DNA from: Candidatus Pelagibacter sp. | GTDB taxonomy: Bacteria > Pseudomonadota > Alphaproteobacteria > Pelagibacterales > Pelagibacteraceae | Direction: 5' to 3' | NCBI GenBank assembly: GCA_045567255.1 | Contig: JBJLDH010000007.1 | Location: 14,002 to 78,001 of the forward strand | DNA length: 64,000 nucleotides | Shown here: positions 32,170 through 41,183 of the stretch, in pieces | Position numbering within the stretch: the stretch's first letter is position 1 | Layout: the number at the start of each line of letters is the position of its first letter | Translations under genes and position numbers: made by a program | The notes under the pieces: generated by a model | Told to the model about the DNA's origin: nothing | Seen by the model: the letters and a program-made list of their open reading frames with translations, nothing else | Databases searched by the model: none

Positions 32170-32531
32170 TAAAATTGATCTTTAAAATTAATTTTTTCTT
32201 TTTTGTTAATCCAATAACTTATTACTTTATTTTTTTTCAAATTCAATAAATTATTAGAAAATACATATTTCATAATTAATCCAATTGGAGTAACAACAAA
32301 AAAAAATACAAAGCCCATTATTATTGGATTAAAAATTTTTGATAAAAAAATTCCAAATTTAAACCATATAACATTTAATTTTTTTAAAAGTTTAGGTTGA
32401 GCAAAACTTATTAAAAAAAATATAAAAGAGAAAATATAAAAAATGTAGTGAAAAAAAAAACCTAAAATTAAAAAAATTATTGCAAAAGTTAAACCAAAGT
32501 TTTTTTCAGAAGGTAATTTATAATTATTCAT
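32169..32531 (-). CDS. SxtJ-family membrane protein
   Basis: SEKNFGLTF...PKLLKKLNVIWFKFG...FFFVVTPIGLI...SYW...DQF. Confidence 0.8.
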   Translation of the reverse strand: MNNYKLPSEKNFGLTFAIIFLILGFFFHYIFYIFSFIFFLISFAQPKLLKKLNVIWFKFGIFLSKIFNPIIMGFVFFFVVTPIGLIMKYVFSNNLLNLKKNKVISYWINKKEKINFKDQF

Positions 32532-32564
32532 ATATTAATTTTTAAAAAAAAATATGTATGTTAA

Positions 32565-33272
32565 TTAATCAAAATTAATTCCTTTAGAGTCCTCAAAAAA
32601 CTGTTTTGATGTTTCTATAGAATATTTTTTGAGATCTTTTCCAAATAGGTTCATTTTACTTAAAATTGAATTAGGCACTGTTATTATGTGACAACCTAAC
32701 TTTTCAGCTTCTTTAATGCTGTAAAGCTCTCTGCAACTAGCCCAAAGTATTTCAATATTTCTATTTTTTTTAGTTAATTTGACTGATTTGTAAATAATTT
32801 CTCTTGGGTCTATGCCAGTGTCAGCAATTCTGCCAGCAAAAATTGATAAAATAGATCTAGTATTTTTATTTATATTTTTTAAAATATTTTTTATTTGTTT
32901 AAGTTGAAATATAGCAGTTATATTAAGCTTAACCCCTTTATTTGAAAGAATTTTAATTATTTTTAAATTATTTCTTCCTCTTGAATTATAATAAGGAACT
33001 TTTACATATACGTTAGAGCCCCAAGAATTTATTTGATTAGCTTGTTCAATTATAGTTTTTTTATCATCTGCAAATATTTCGAATGAAACAGATTTTTTTT
33101 TTACAATCTTTAATATTTTTTTTGCAAAAATTATATAGTTTTTTATGTTATTGCTTCTCATTAGTGAAGGATTAGTGGTAAAGCCTTTAATTTTGCTTTT
33201 CACATTATATTTTTTAATACTTTTGATATCTGCTCCATCAGCAAAGATTTGAATTTTTGTTCTACTAGGCAT
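32565..33272 (-). CDS. tal: Small-type transaldolase (island copy; LmbR-like position)
   Basis: IFADGAD, GFTTNPSL, YVKVP (Schiff-base Lys), NITAIF, FAGRIAD, WASCRE, IITVP. Confidence 0.9.
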   Translation of the reverse strand: MPSRTKIQIFADGADIKSIKKYNVKSKIKGFTTNPSLMRSNNIKNYIIFAKKILKIVKKKSVSFEIFADDKKTIIEQANQINSWGSNVYVKVPYYNSRGRNNLKIIKILSNKGVKLNITAIFQLKQIKNILKNINKNTRSILSIFAGRIADTGIDPREIIYKSVKLTKKNRNIEILWASCRELYSIKEAEKLGCHIITVPNSILSKMNLFGKDLKKYSIETSKQFFEDSKGINFD

Positions 33273-33786
33273 TGATATAATTTATAACATCTTTAATTGA
33301 TTTTAGATACTTGCAATCTTTTTTGCTTGGTAATTTTTCATTATAATTGTAATTAATAAATATATTTTTACAACCTGCCTTTTTTCCAGCTAAAATATCT
33401 TTTCTTCTATCACCGATAAAATAACTATTTTTCATATCTATTTTCCATTTTTTTTTTGCCCTCAATAACATTCCAGGTTTTGGTTTTCTACAAGAACAAT
33501 TATCTTTATTATCATGAAAACAACAAAAAACATCATCCAGGTTTAATTGATCTTTAATATAATCGTTGATCTTGATAACTTCTTTTTTCTTTATAAAGCC
33601 TCTAGCTACATTTGGCTGGTTTGTTATCATAATTAAAAGATATTTTTTTTTTAATTTTTTTAATAATAATTTAATTGAGTTAGTAAATTTTAATTTGCTT
33701 AAATCATCAACAGAATATGGTTTATTATTATATTTTTTTATTTTAATTAAAATACCATCTCTATCCAAAAAAATTGCTTTTTGCAT
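33265..33786 (-). CDS. gmhB: HAD sugar-bisphosphate phosphatase (GmhB/LmbK-like)
   Basis: FLDRDG, ITNQ, CFH...CSCRKPKPGML, IGDR. Confidence 0.85.
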   Translation of the reverse strand: MQKAIFLDRDGILIKIKKYNNKPYSVDDLSKLKFTNSIKLLLKKLKKKYLLIMITNQPNVARGFIKKKEVIKINDYIKDQLNLDDVFCCFHDNKDNCSCRKPKPGMLLRAKKKWKIDMKNSYFIGDRRKDILAGKKAGCKNIFINYNYNEKLPSKKDCKYLKSIKDVINYINA

Positions 33787-33799
33787 GAATAAATATTGC

Positions 33800-34387
33800 T
33801 CACCATTTAGTTTTATTTTTTTGAATTCTAGGATGTGAAATTATGAGATGCCAAATAACTGCAGCAAATCCTTCGGTATGCGGTGTAATAAGTTTTGAGT
33901 TTTTAGAAGGTATGCATATACATGCTTCAGCCGCTTTCTTTGTATATCCTCCATTTTTTCCTACAATTCCATATATTTTTACTTTTTTATTTTTAGCAAG
34001 TTTTATTGCTTGAACTAGGTTTTCGCTTACTTTTTTTTTAACATTTCCTCCCCCAACAGAAAAAATGAAAATTATATCTTTTTTATTTAACCTACTAACT
34101 TTAAGCCAGTCTTGGAATACCCATTTCCATCCTTCGTCATTTGTTCTAGCTGTCAACTCCGATACATTATCTGTAGGAGCATAACATTCTATATTTGCAA
34201 GTTTTCTAAAATCATTTACAGCATGGGATGCATGAGCTGCACTACCACCAACTCCAAGAAAAAATATTCTACCTTTTTTTTCTCTTACTTTATAAATACC
34301 ATCAATAATTCTATTTAAACTTTTTATATCTATATTTTTTGCAATACTTGCTGTTTCTTTAAGATAATTTTCTATGAATTTTTTCAT
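33800..34387 (-). CDS. gmhA: SIS-domain phospho-sugar isomerase (GmhA/LmbN-like)
   Basis: GVGGSAAHASHAVNDF, TARTNDEG, FSVGGG, PHTE. Confidence 0.8.
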   Translation of the reverse strand: MKKFIENYLKETASIAKNIDIKSLNRIIDGIYKVREKKGRIFFLGVGGSAAHASHAVNDFRKLANIECYAPTDNVSELTARTNDEGWKWVFQDWLKVSRLNKKDIIFIFSVGGGNVKKKVSENLVQAIKLAKNKKVKIYGIVGKNGGYTKKAAEACICIPSKNSKLITPHTEGFAAVIWHLIISHPRIQKNKTKW

Positions 34388-35078
34388 TATATTTTATATA
34401 TTTTTTAAAATTATTTATACCTTTATAAGATCCAATTTCATAAAATTTTTTTTTAACGATCTTATAAGACATTTTTTTCATCAACGTAAGCCTATTATAA
34501 AGGTCAGAAAGTTCAAATTTTGTTTTATTAGCATATCCATCAAATACTTTACTATTTAATATACATAAGCCATAATCTATATAATGCATTTCTGGTAAAG
34601 TATTATTTTTATCATAAATAAATTTATTTCTTTTTAAAAGTACATTCGATTTATCAAATTTATTATTATTTTTGTAAATAACTAATAGAGAATTATTTTT
34701 TGACTTTAAATATGCATTTTTAATTTGATTAAATTTAATTGGTAAAAATGAATCTCCATAAATAATATAATATATTCCTTTGTTTTTTCTCATTATTTTT
34801 TTAACTGCTCCCCCTGTACCAACTAAACTTTTTCCATCCTTGGAAAAAGATATATTAGCATTTTTATATTTTTTATTTTTAAAATAATTAATTAATTTGT
34901 TTCCTTGATAGCCCACACTTATAATGATATTTTTTATACCTTGGTTTATTAAATAATTTATTTGGTATTCGATAAAAGGCTTATTATATATTTTTATTAA
35001 AGCTTTTGGAGTTTGTTTAGTTAGTTTTTTTACCCTGGTTCCTTTTCCTCCTGCCAAAATAATAATAGGAAAGTTCAT
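34359..35078 (-). CDS. Sugar-1-phosphate nucleotidyltransferase (HddC/LmbO-like)
   Basis: ILAGGKGTR...PKAL, VGTGGAV, YGDSF, YEIGS. Confidence 0.85.
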   Translation of the reverse strand: MNFPIIILAGGKGTRVKKLTKQTPKALIKIYNKPFIEYQINYLINQGIKNIIISVGYQGNKLINYFKNKKYKNANISFSKDGKSLVGTGGAVKKIMRKNKGIYYIIYGDSFLPIKFNQIKNAYLKSKNNSLLVIYKNNNKFDKSNVLLKRNKFIYDKNNTLPEMHYIDYGLCILNSKVFDGYANKTKFELSDLYNRLTLMKKMSYKIVKKKFYEIGSYKGINNFKKYIKYNEKIHRKLS

Positions 35079-36055
35079 TGCATTATAATTTTTGATCCTT
35101 CAAAATCAAATTTAAATTCTACTTCTTCAACATTTTCCCTTAAAAAAAATTTTTTTAGTTTTTCTTTATCATTAGCATAAAACATTAGAAAACCTCCTCC
35201 ACCAGCACCAACCAATTTTCCACCTATAGCACCATTTTTCAAACCCTGATTATAATAAAAGTCAATTTTGTCATTCGTCATTACTTTAGATCTTTGTTTT
35301 TTTTCAAACCAGTGCCTATTCATTGTTTCAGCAAAATTTTCAAATTCACCTTTCTCAAGCATTTTTTTAGTTTTCAAACCCAGTTCTTTTATTTTATCTA
35401 ACTTTTTAATCATTTTAGATTTTTTAGTTTTAGAATTATTTTTTTGAGTTATTAAAATTTTTTTTGACCTTCTTGTGAAGCCTGTATAAAATAATAACAA
35501 ATTGCTTTCTAATTTGTCTAAATTTTTTTCACTTATTTTTAATGGATTAACCTTTACTTCTCCATTTTTTTCAAACTTAAAACAATTTACTCCACCGTAA
35601 GCAGAAATATATTGATCTTGTTTTCCAATAGGTTCCTTTAGTCTTTCAATTTCTATTTTACATGCTTTTTCTGCTAATTTTTTTCCAATAATTACTTTCT
35701 TCTGTTCAAAATAAATTGCTTTTAATAATGCTGTAGTAAAACTGCTAGAAGAGCCAAGTCCTGTTCCAGAAGGAATATCAGCTAAAGTTGTTAGTTCTAA
35801 AGATTTATCAATTAAATTCTCTTCTTTCAAAACCTCTCTAATTATTGGATGTTTTATCTTATTAATGCTGTTTGTTTTTTCTATAGAGGAATATTTTAGA
35901 TATATTCCAGGCCTAAACGGCTGCGTGATCGTTACATACACATATTTATCAATTGCTGCCGAAATAACAAAACCAGTATTTTTTTTATAGTATGATTGCA
36001 AATCTGTTCCACCACCACCTAGTGTTATTCTTAAAGGACTACGAGATATGATCAT
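35075..36055 (-). CDS. GHMP sugar-phosphate kinase (HddA/LmbP-like)
   Basis: SRSPLRITLGGGGTD, PSGTGLGSSS, IGKQDQY, GGKLVGAGGGGF. Confidence 0.88.
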   Translation of the reverse strand: MIISRSPLRITLGGGGTDLQSYYKKNTGFVISAAIDKYVYVTITQPFRPGIYLKYSSIEKTNSINKIKHPIIREVLKEENLIDKSLELTTLADIPSGTGLGSSSSFTTALLKAIYFEQKKVIIGKKLAEKACKIEIERLKEPIGKQDQYISAYGGVNCFKFEKNGEVKVNPLKISEKNLDKLESNLLLFYTGFTRRSKKILITQKNNSKTKKSKMIKKLDKIKELGLKTKKMLEKGEFENFAETMNRHWFEKKQRSKVMTNDKIDFYYNQGLKNGAIGGKLVGAGGGGFLMFYANDKEKLKKFFLRENVEEVEFKFDFEGSKIIMQ

Positions 36056-37046
36056 ATTTTGAATCTTTGTAAATTTTATTAATTATTTTTAGCGATTGAT
36101 AGGCGTCATTTAAATTTGGTATAACTTTTCTATTATATGTTATATCCTTATACATTTCATTAATTTCAGTTTTCCAAGATAAATCTTTTAGTTTAAATTT
36201 CCATTTTTCTTGTCTTGGTATACCCATTTTTTTTGACATTTGATAAAGTGTTAATTGCTCTCTACCATAGCTTCCACCCAATCCATTAATATCTATTTTT
36301 CCAAAAGTGCAGAAAATTTCGAATGAAAACATATTTTTCCATTCTGTCCATGATGTATGCAAAAAAGCAATTTTGTTAGTGTGGGTTTTTAAAGTTAAAA
36401 AAGCATTGTCTTCAACTGACATTTTATAAAAATAAGTATTTATAAAACCATTTATTTTATTAAACTCTCCTAAAAATAATCTTGAAAGATCTATGAGATG
36501 TGATCCTTGATCAATTAATTCCCCTCCACCAGATATTGATGGCTTGGCTCTCCATTCTTTTTCATAATTTAATCTACCCCCATGCCCATATCTTCCTCTT
36601 AAGTACATGGGTTTGCCAATTATTCCTGATTTAATTATTTCTTGAGCTTTGATAATAGATGGATGATAACGATGATTAAAAGCTACTCTAATTTTTATTC
36701 TATTATTTTTAATTTTAGAAATTAATTTAGATATTTCTTTTAAATTTTTAGATGCAGGCTTTTCTACAAGAATATGTTTTTTTTTTTTATAAGCTTCCAA
36801 AAGAATTTTAGACAATTGACTATGAGGAGTTGCAATTATTACAATATCAATTTCTTTTATATCTAATAATTTCTTCCAGTTTTTAAATACCTTGATTTTT
36901 TTGCTTGTTGCTATTTTTTTTGCATTATCAATATTTGTATCTGCACAAGCTATTAAATCACCTTTTGAACCTAAAGATTTTGATCTTTTAAGACCAATAA
37001 GTCCACATCCTATGATGCCAACCTTAAAATTTATTTGTCTCCCCAT
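36039..37046 (-). CDS. Gfo/Idh/MocA oxidoreductase (LmbZ-like position)
   Basis: GIIGCGLIG, IATPH, VEKP, GGGELIDQGSHLID. Confidence 0.88.
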   Translation of the reverse strand: MGRQINFKVGIIGCGLIGLKRSKSLGSKGDLIACADTNIDNAKKIATSKKIKVFKNWKKLLDIKEIDIVIIATPHSQLSKILLEAYKKKKHILVEKPASKNLKEISKLISKIKNNRIKIRVAFNHRYHPSIIKAQEIIKSGIIGKPMYLRGRYGHGGRLNYEKEWRAKPSISGGGELIDQGSHLIDLSRLFLGEFNKINGFINTYFYKMSVEDNAFLTLKTHTNKIAFLHTSWTEWKNMFSFEIFCTFGKIDINGLGGSYGREQLTLYQMSKKMGIPRQEKWKFKLKDLSWKTEINEMYKDITYNRKVIPNLNDAYQSLKIINKIYKDSKYDHIS

Positions 37047-39226
37047 TCAAAACCTCTTTCTTTGCCTACAATTCTTCTTAAAGTATAAGCATCACTATTT
37101 TGTAGCAATTTTTTATTTTTTGTCCAATTTTTCCAATCATCCCATACAGCACTGATTAATTTACCTCTAATGCCGTCACTATATTTTGATCCTAAAAACA
37201 GAATTAATTCACATGCTTTAAGAAGAGGTGTGCCACCAGTTTTTTTTTGTTTTAATGATTTATTATACATGGTCCTACCAACTTTTGATGGGCCTGCTTT
37301 TAAAACTTCTTTTAACATATCAGTATTTAATGGACCTGGTGATACAGCGTTAATATCAATATTGTATTTTTTTACCTCTTCTGACAAATTTTCAACAAAT
37401 CTAACAACGGCAGCTTTGGATACAGCATAGCCACTAATTAAAGGCAAAGGACTAGTAGCTCCACCACCAGACAATTGTACAATTTTACCCTTATTTTTTT
37501 TCTTAAAATAGGGAATTACAGCTCTGGTTAACAATATTGATCCAAATAAATTTATTTGAAATGTTTTAACCCATTCATTCCATTTAATCTTTTCAATATG
37601 TCCTTTGGGACCATAAATTCCTGCATTGTTAACCAATACATCAATTTTTTTGAATTTTTTAATTGTCACACTGATTAGTTTTTTTACTTGGTCGTAGGAT
37701 GATACATCAGTTGCTGAATAAAATATTTTCTGATTTTTTTCCTTAATTTTAATTAATTTTTTATATGCTTTCCTTATTTGAATTTGATTTCTTGAACAAA
37801 TCATCAGATTTGAACCAAATTTTAAAAAATATTTAGCAATTTCGTAACCTAGTCCCTTGCTTGCTCCTGTCACTAGTACAACTTGATTCTTAAAATTATA
37901 TTTAAAATCATTGACCGAGGTAACCATTGGAAATAATTTCATTGGCTTGCCAACATACAAATACTTATCTTTAAATTTTTTTTTAAAATGATTGCAGAAG
38001 TAATTTGGATCAATAATAACAAGTTTTTTGTTTAGTTTTTTTATTGCACTTGCTGATATTTTTAAAAAATCTTTAGACTTTCCCAATACAATTAGTGTAT
38101 CAATATTTTTAATTTCTGAAAGAGGAGTGGATAATAGTTTAATTTTTTCATTCAATTTGGTTGAAAATTTTTTTATATTGCTATCAAAACCTGCAACTTT
38201 GACACCATAGCTTTTTAACCAATTGGAAACTTCAATAGCAAAAGACCTTCTAAGAGTGTCAGTGTTTTCTTTGTAAGTTAGACCCCAAATTGTAACTTTT
38301 TTAATTTTTTTATTTAAAATTAATCTTTCCAAATGATGAAAAATCCACTTTTTATGATCTTCATTACTAGGCTTTATTGATGATAAAAGTTTAGTTTTTA
38401 AATTTTTTGCACTAGCTATTTCATTCAGATAATTTACATCTCTTCCAAGAGTTCCTCCCGCAAAAGGTGCGCCTGGAGACAAAAAAGCTTTTCTTCCAAT
38501 TCTTGGCTCTGACTTTAAACCTTCTTCAACTTCTTTTGCATCACCTCCAAAATTTTCGCAAATTAAAGATATTTCATTAATAAATGATACAGATGAAGCT
38601 AAAAAAGAATTAATTGCATGCTTAGATATTTCAGCTGATTCAATCTTCATCCAAATTAAATTAGAATTTATTGATTTTAAAAAACTATTAATTTTTTTTT
38701 TAGAATTCATATTTCTGTAACCAACAATCATTCTCTCTGCTTCTAAAAAAGATGATAACGAATTCCCAAGTTGTAAATTCTCTGGACAACAAAAAAAATA
38801 AAATTTCTTTTTTAAAACATTCTTTGCATATTTTTCTAATAACTCTGTTGATCCTACTGGTAGTTGTGATGAGATGATAATATATTTGTTTGAATTTAGT
38901 TTTTGTAATGTTTTTTTAATTTTATCTATAATATTTTTCGTACTTGCTCGATCATTTTCGTCTACGGGAGTGTCATAGGTAAACCATACAATATTTGCAG
39001 TATTTAAATTTTTTAAATTATTAACAAAAGATAATTTTTTATCTTTTATTGAATTTTTGATTAAATCTTTTAATTTTGGTTCAAAAATTGGCAAAATGTT
39101 TTTTTTTAGCTTTTTTATCAATGATTTATTGTCATCATAAGCAATAACTTCATGTTTTAATGATGCCAAGCAAGCTGATACCACACATCCCCCACAATGC
39201 CACAATCCTTGAACAAAAACTTTCAT
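37031..39226 (-). CDS. UDP-glucose/GDP-mannose dehydrogenase-like domain (no catalytic Cys) fused to an SDR
   Basis: N-terminal GLWHCG, PENL, AEISKHAINSFLA, FAGGTLGRD, WGLTYKENTD. C-terminal VTGASKGLG, VNNAG, YAVSK. Confidence 0.8.
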   Translation of the reverse strand: MKVFVQGLWHCGGCVVSACLASLKHEVIAYDDNKSLIKKLKKNILPIFEPKLKDLIKNSIKDKKLSFVNNLKNLNTANIVWFTYDTPVDENDRASTKNIIDKIKKTLQKLNSNKYIIISSQLPVGSTELLEKYAKNVLKKKFYFFCCPENLQLGNSLSSFLEAERMIVGYRNMNSKKKINSFLKSINSNLIWMKIESAEISKHAINSFLASSVSFINEISLICENFGGDAKEVEEGLKSEPRIGRKAFLSPGAPFAGGTLGRDVNYLNEIASAKNLKTKLLSSIKPSNEDHKKWIFHHLERLILNKKIKKVTIWGLTYKENTDTLRRSFAIEVSNWLKSYGVKVAGFDSNIKKFSTKLNEKIKLLSTPLSEIKNIDTLIVLGKSKDFLKISASAIKKLNKKLVIIDPNYFCNHFKKKFKDKYLYVGKPMKLFPMVTSVNDFKYNFKNQVVLVTGASKGLGYEIAKYFLKFGSNLMICSRNQIQIRKAYKKLIKIKEKNQKIFYSATDVSSYDQVKKLISVTIKKFKKIDVLVNNAGIYGPKGHIEKIKWNEWVKTFQINLFGSILLTRAVIPYFKKKNKGKIVQLSGGGATSPLPLISGYAVSKAAVVRFVENLSEEVKKYNIDINAVSPGPLNTDMLKEVLKAGPSKVGRTMYNKSLKQKKTGGTPLLKACELILFLGSKYSDGIRGKLISAVWDDWKNWTKNKKLLQNSDAYTLRRIVGKERGFEWGDK

Positions 39227-40191
39227 TTTCTTTTTTTAAAAAACCATTTATTGTCTTTAAGATATTTAGTAGTTTGCTCTACACTTTCTTTTATTGTAAA
39301 TTTAGGCTTCCATCCCAATGCTCTAATTTTTTTAGTATCTAAAAAAATAAATGGGCTATCTCCAATCCAGCCCCTTTTTCCTCCTGAAAAAGAAATTTTA
39401 GGTTTAACTTTAAGTTCTTCGCAAATGATCTTAATAGACTGTTTAACATTAATATATTCATTAGTTCCTAAATTATAAATATTAGTTTTATTTTTAGATT
39501 TTTTTATTGCAAGTAATATAGCATTAATACAATCGTTTATATTAAGGTAAGATTTTGTCTGGCCCCCATCACCTAAAACTTTTAAGTGTTTAGAATTTTT
39601 AAATAATTGTTTACAAAAATCATATATATGACCATGTGTATAGTGGTTGCCCAAAATAGATACAAATCTAAAAATATAGGATTTTATGTTATAAGCTTCT
39701 GAATAGGCCTGTATTAAACCTTCACAAGCTAATTTTGAAGCTCCATACATTGAAGTTTGTACTGGAAATTTATCATTTTCTGGGGTTGGAAAAGATTTAC
39801 TTTCACCATAAATTGATCCAGTTGAGCAAAAAACAAACTCTTTTATTTTTTTTATTCTAACAAATTCAAGAATTTTAGAAGTCATAATAGTATTAAATTT
39901 TAAATCATTTAAAGGATTTAAATATCCATTTCTTACATCAGCATTAGCGGCCATATGGAACACTATATCTATTTTATTTTTAAAAATTTTTTTGAGATCA
40001 ATATCTTTGATTAAATTTTTTTTTTCAAATATAAAATTTTTATTTTTTAAATATTTTTTTATAAACTCTATTCTTCCTGTTCTGAAATTGTCTACTCCTA
40101 TTACAAAAAATTTTTTTTTAAGAAGATGGTGAATTAAGTTACTACCAATAAAGCCCGCACAACCAGTAACTAAAGCTATTTTTTTTTTCAT
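39223..40191 (-). CDS. NAD-dependent NDP-sugar epimerase (LmbM-like position)
   Basis: VTGCAGFIGS, HMAANADVR, STGSIYG, YGASK, GDGGQTKSY. Confidence 0.88.
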   Translation of the reverse strand: MKKKIALVTGCAGFIGSNLIHHLLKKKFFVIGVDNFRTGRIEFIKKYLKNKNFIFEKKNLIKDIDLKKIFKNKIDIVFHMAANADVRNGYLNPLNDLKFNTIMTSKILEFVRIKKIKEFVFCSTGSIYGESKSFPTPENDKFPVQTSMYGASKLACEGLIQAYSEAYNIKSYIFRFVSILGNHYTHGHIYDFCKQLFKNSKHLKVLGDGGQTKSYLNINDCINAILLAIKKSKNKTNIYNLGTNEYINVKQSIKIICEELKVKPKISFSGGKRGWIGDSPFIFLDTKKIRALGWKPKFTIKESVEQTTKYLKDNKWFFKKRK

Positions 40192-40223
40192 AGTTTTTTA
40201 AAAAATATTTTTTTATAATATAC

Positions 40224-41183
40224 TTAATTATCTGATTTGTTTTGATCGAAATTAACTTTTTTATCTAAAATATATTTTGGTCTTCTTTTTGATTGTTCGT
40301 AAATTCTACCAATATATTCTCCAAGTAGACCTAAACCAAATAACTGAATACCAGAATAAAAAGATATTAATATTACAGTTGTTGTTAAACCGGGCGTTAA
40401 ATTAATTCCAATAATTTTTTGAATAAAATACCAACCTCCTATTATAAGACTTAATATAGAGATAAGGAATCCGATTATAGTCATAAAAAATAATGGTTTA
40501 GTGCTAAAACCAACAATTCCATTAATTCCTATTTTAAATGAACCAAAATATTTATTATATTTGCTCGCTCCATCACTTCTCTCTTTTCTGTCAAATAAGA
40601 TATATTTTTGCCTAAAACCAATATAAGAAACAAGACCCCTTAAGAATGCTTCTTTTTCATCAAATTTTTTTAACTCATTAACGACTCTTCTAGAAATTAT
40701 TCTAAAATCGCCTGTATTTTTTGGTATGTTAATATCACTCAAGCTATTTATTAGCTTATAACCAATTTTTGAAATGATCTTTTTTATTATAGTTTCACCC
40801 TCCCTAGATCTTCTAACTGCATAAACTACATCTAAATCTTCTTCAGTAATCTTTTTATACATATCTTCAATAAGCTCAGGAGGGTCCTGAAGATCTACAT
40901 CAATAATAACACAATAATTTCCTGTACAGTTTTCTATTCCAGCCAATGTTGCCAATGGTTGACCAAACTTTCTAGACAATAACATTAATTTCACATTATT
41001 ATTTTTTTCTATATTTTTTAAAATTTTTTTTTCAGTATTATCTGTAGAAGGATCTAAAACAAAAATTATTTCATAACTTTTGTTTAATTTTGTAAAAACA
41101 CTGGTAACGTCGTTTACAAAATTATCTATATTTTGTTCCTCATTGTAAACAGGCACTACTATTGAAACTTCAATATTTTGCAT
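40224..41183 (-). CDS. GT2 polyprenol-phosphate glycosyltransferase (GtrB/ArnC-like)
   Basis: VVPVYNEE, IDVDLQDPPELI, TGDFR, two C-terminal TM helices, GEYIGRIY...RRPKY. Confidence 0.9.
   Translation of the reverse strand: MQNIEVSIVVPVYNEEQNIDNFVNDVTSVFTKLNKSYEIIFVLDPSTDNTEKKILKNIEKNNNVKLMLLSRKFGQPLATLAGIENCTGNYCVIIDVDLQDPPELIEDMYKKITEEDLDVVYAVRRSREGETIIKKIISKIGYKLINSLSDINIPKNTGDFRIISRRVVNELKKFDEKEAFLRGLVSYIGFRQKYILFDRKERSDGASKYNKYFGSFKIGINGIVGFSTKPLFFMTIIGFLISILSLIIGGWYFIQKIIGINLTPGLTTTVILISFYSGIQLFGLGLLGEYIGRIYEQSKRRPKYILDKKVNFDQNKSDN

Noticed and set aside
29157-32531. Saxitoxin biosynthesis
   Set aside because: Only sxtIJKL-like tailoring genes are present. No sxtA/G/B-like core genes are in the window, and the context is glycan synthesis.
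32565-40191. Lincosamide antibiotic production
   Set aside because: No amino-acid branch, condensation, thiol-transfer, LmbS-type aminotransferase or resistance genes in the cassette. It is coupled to membrane glycosyltransferases instead.
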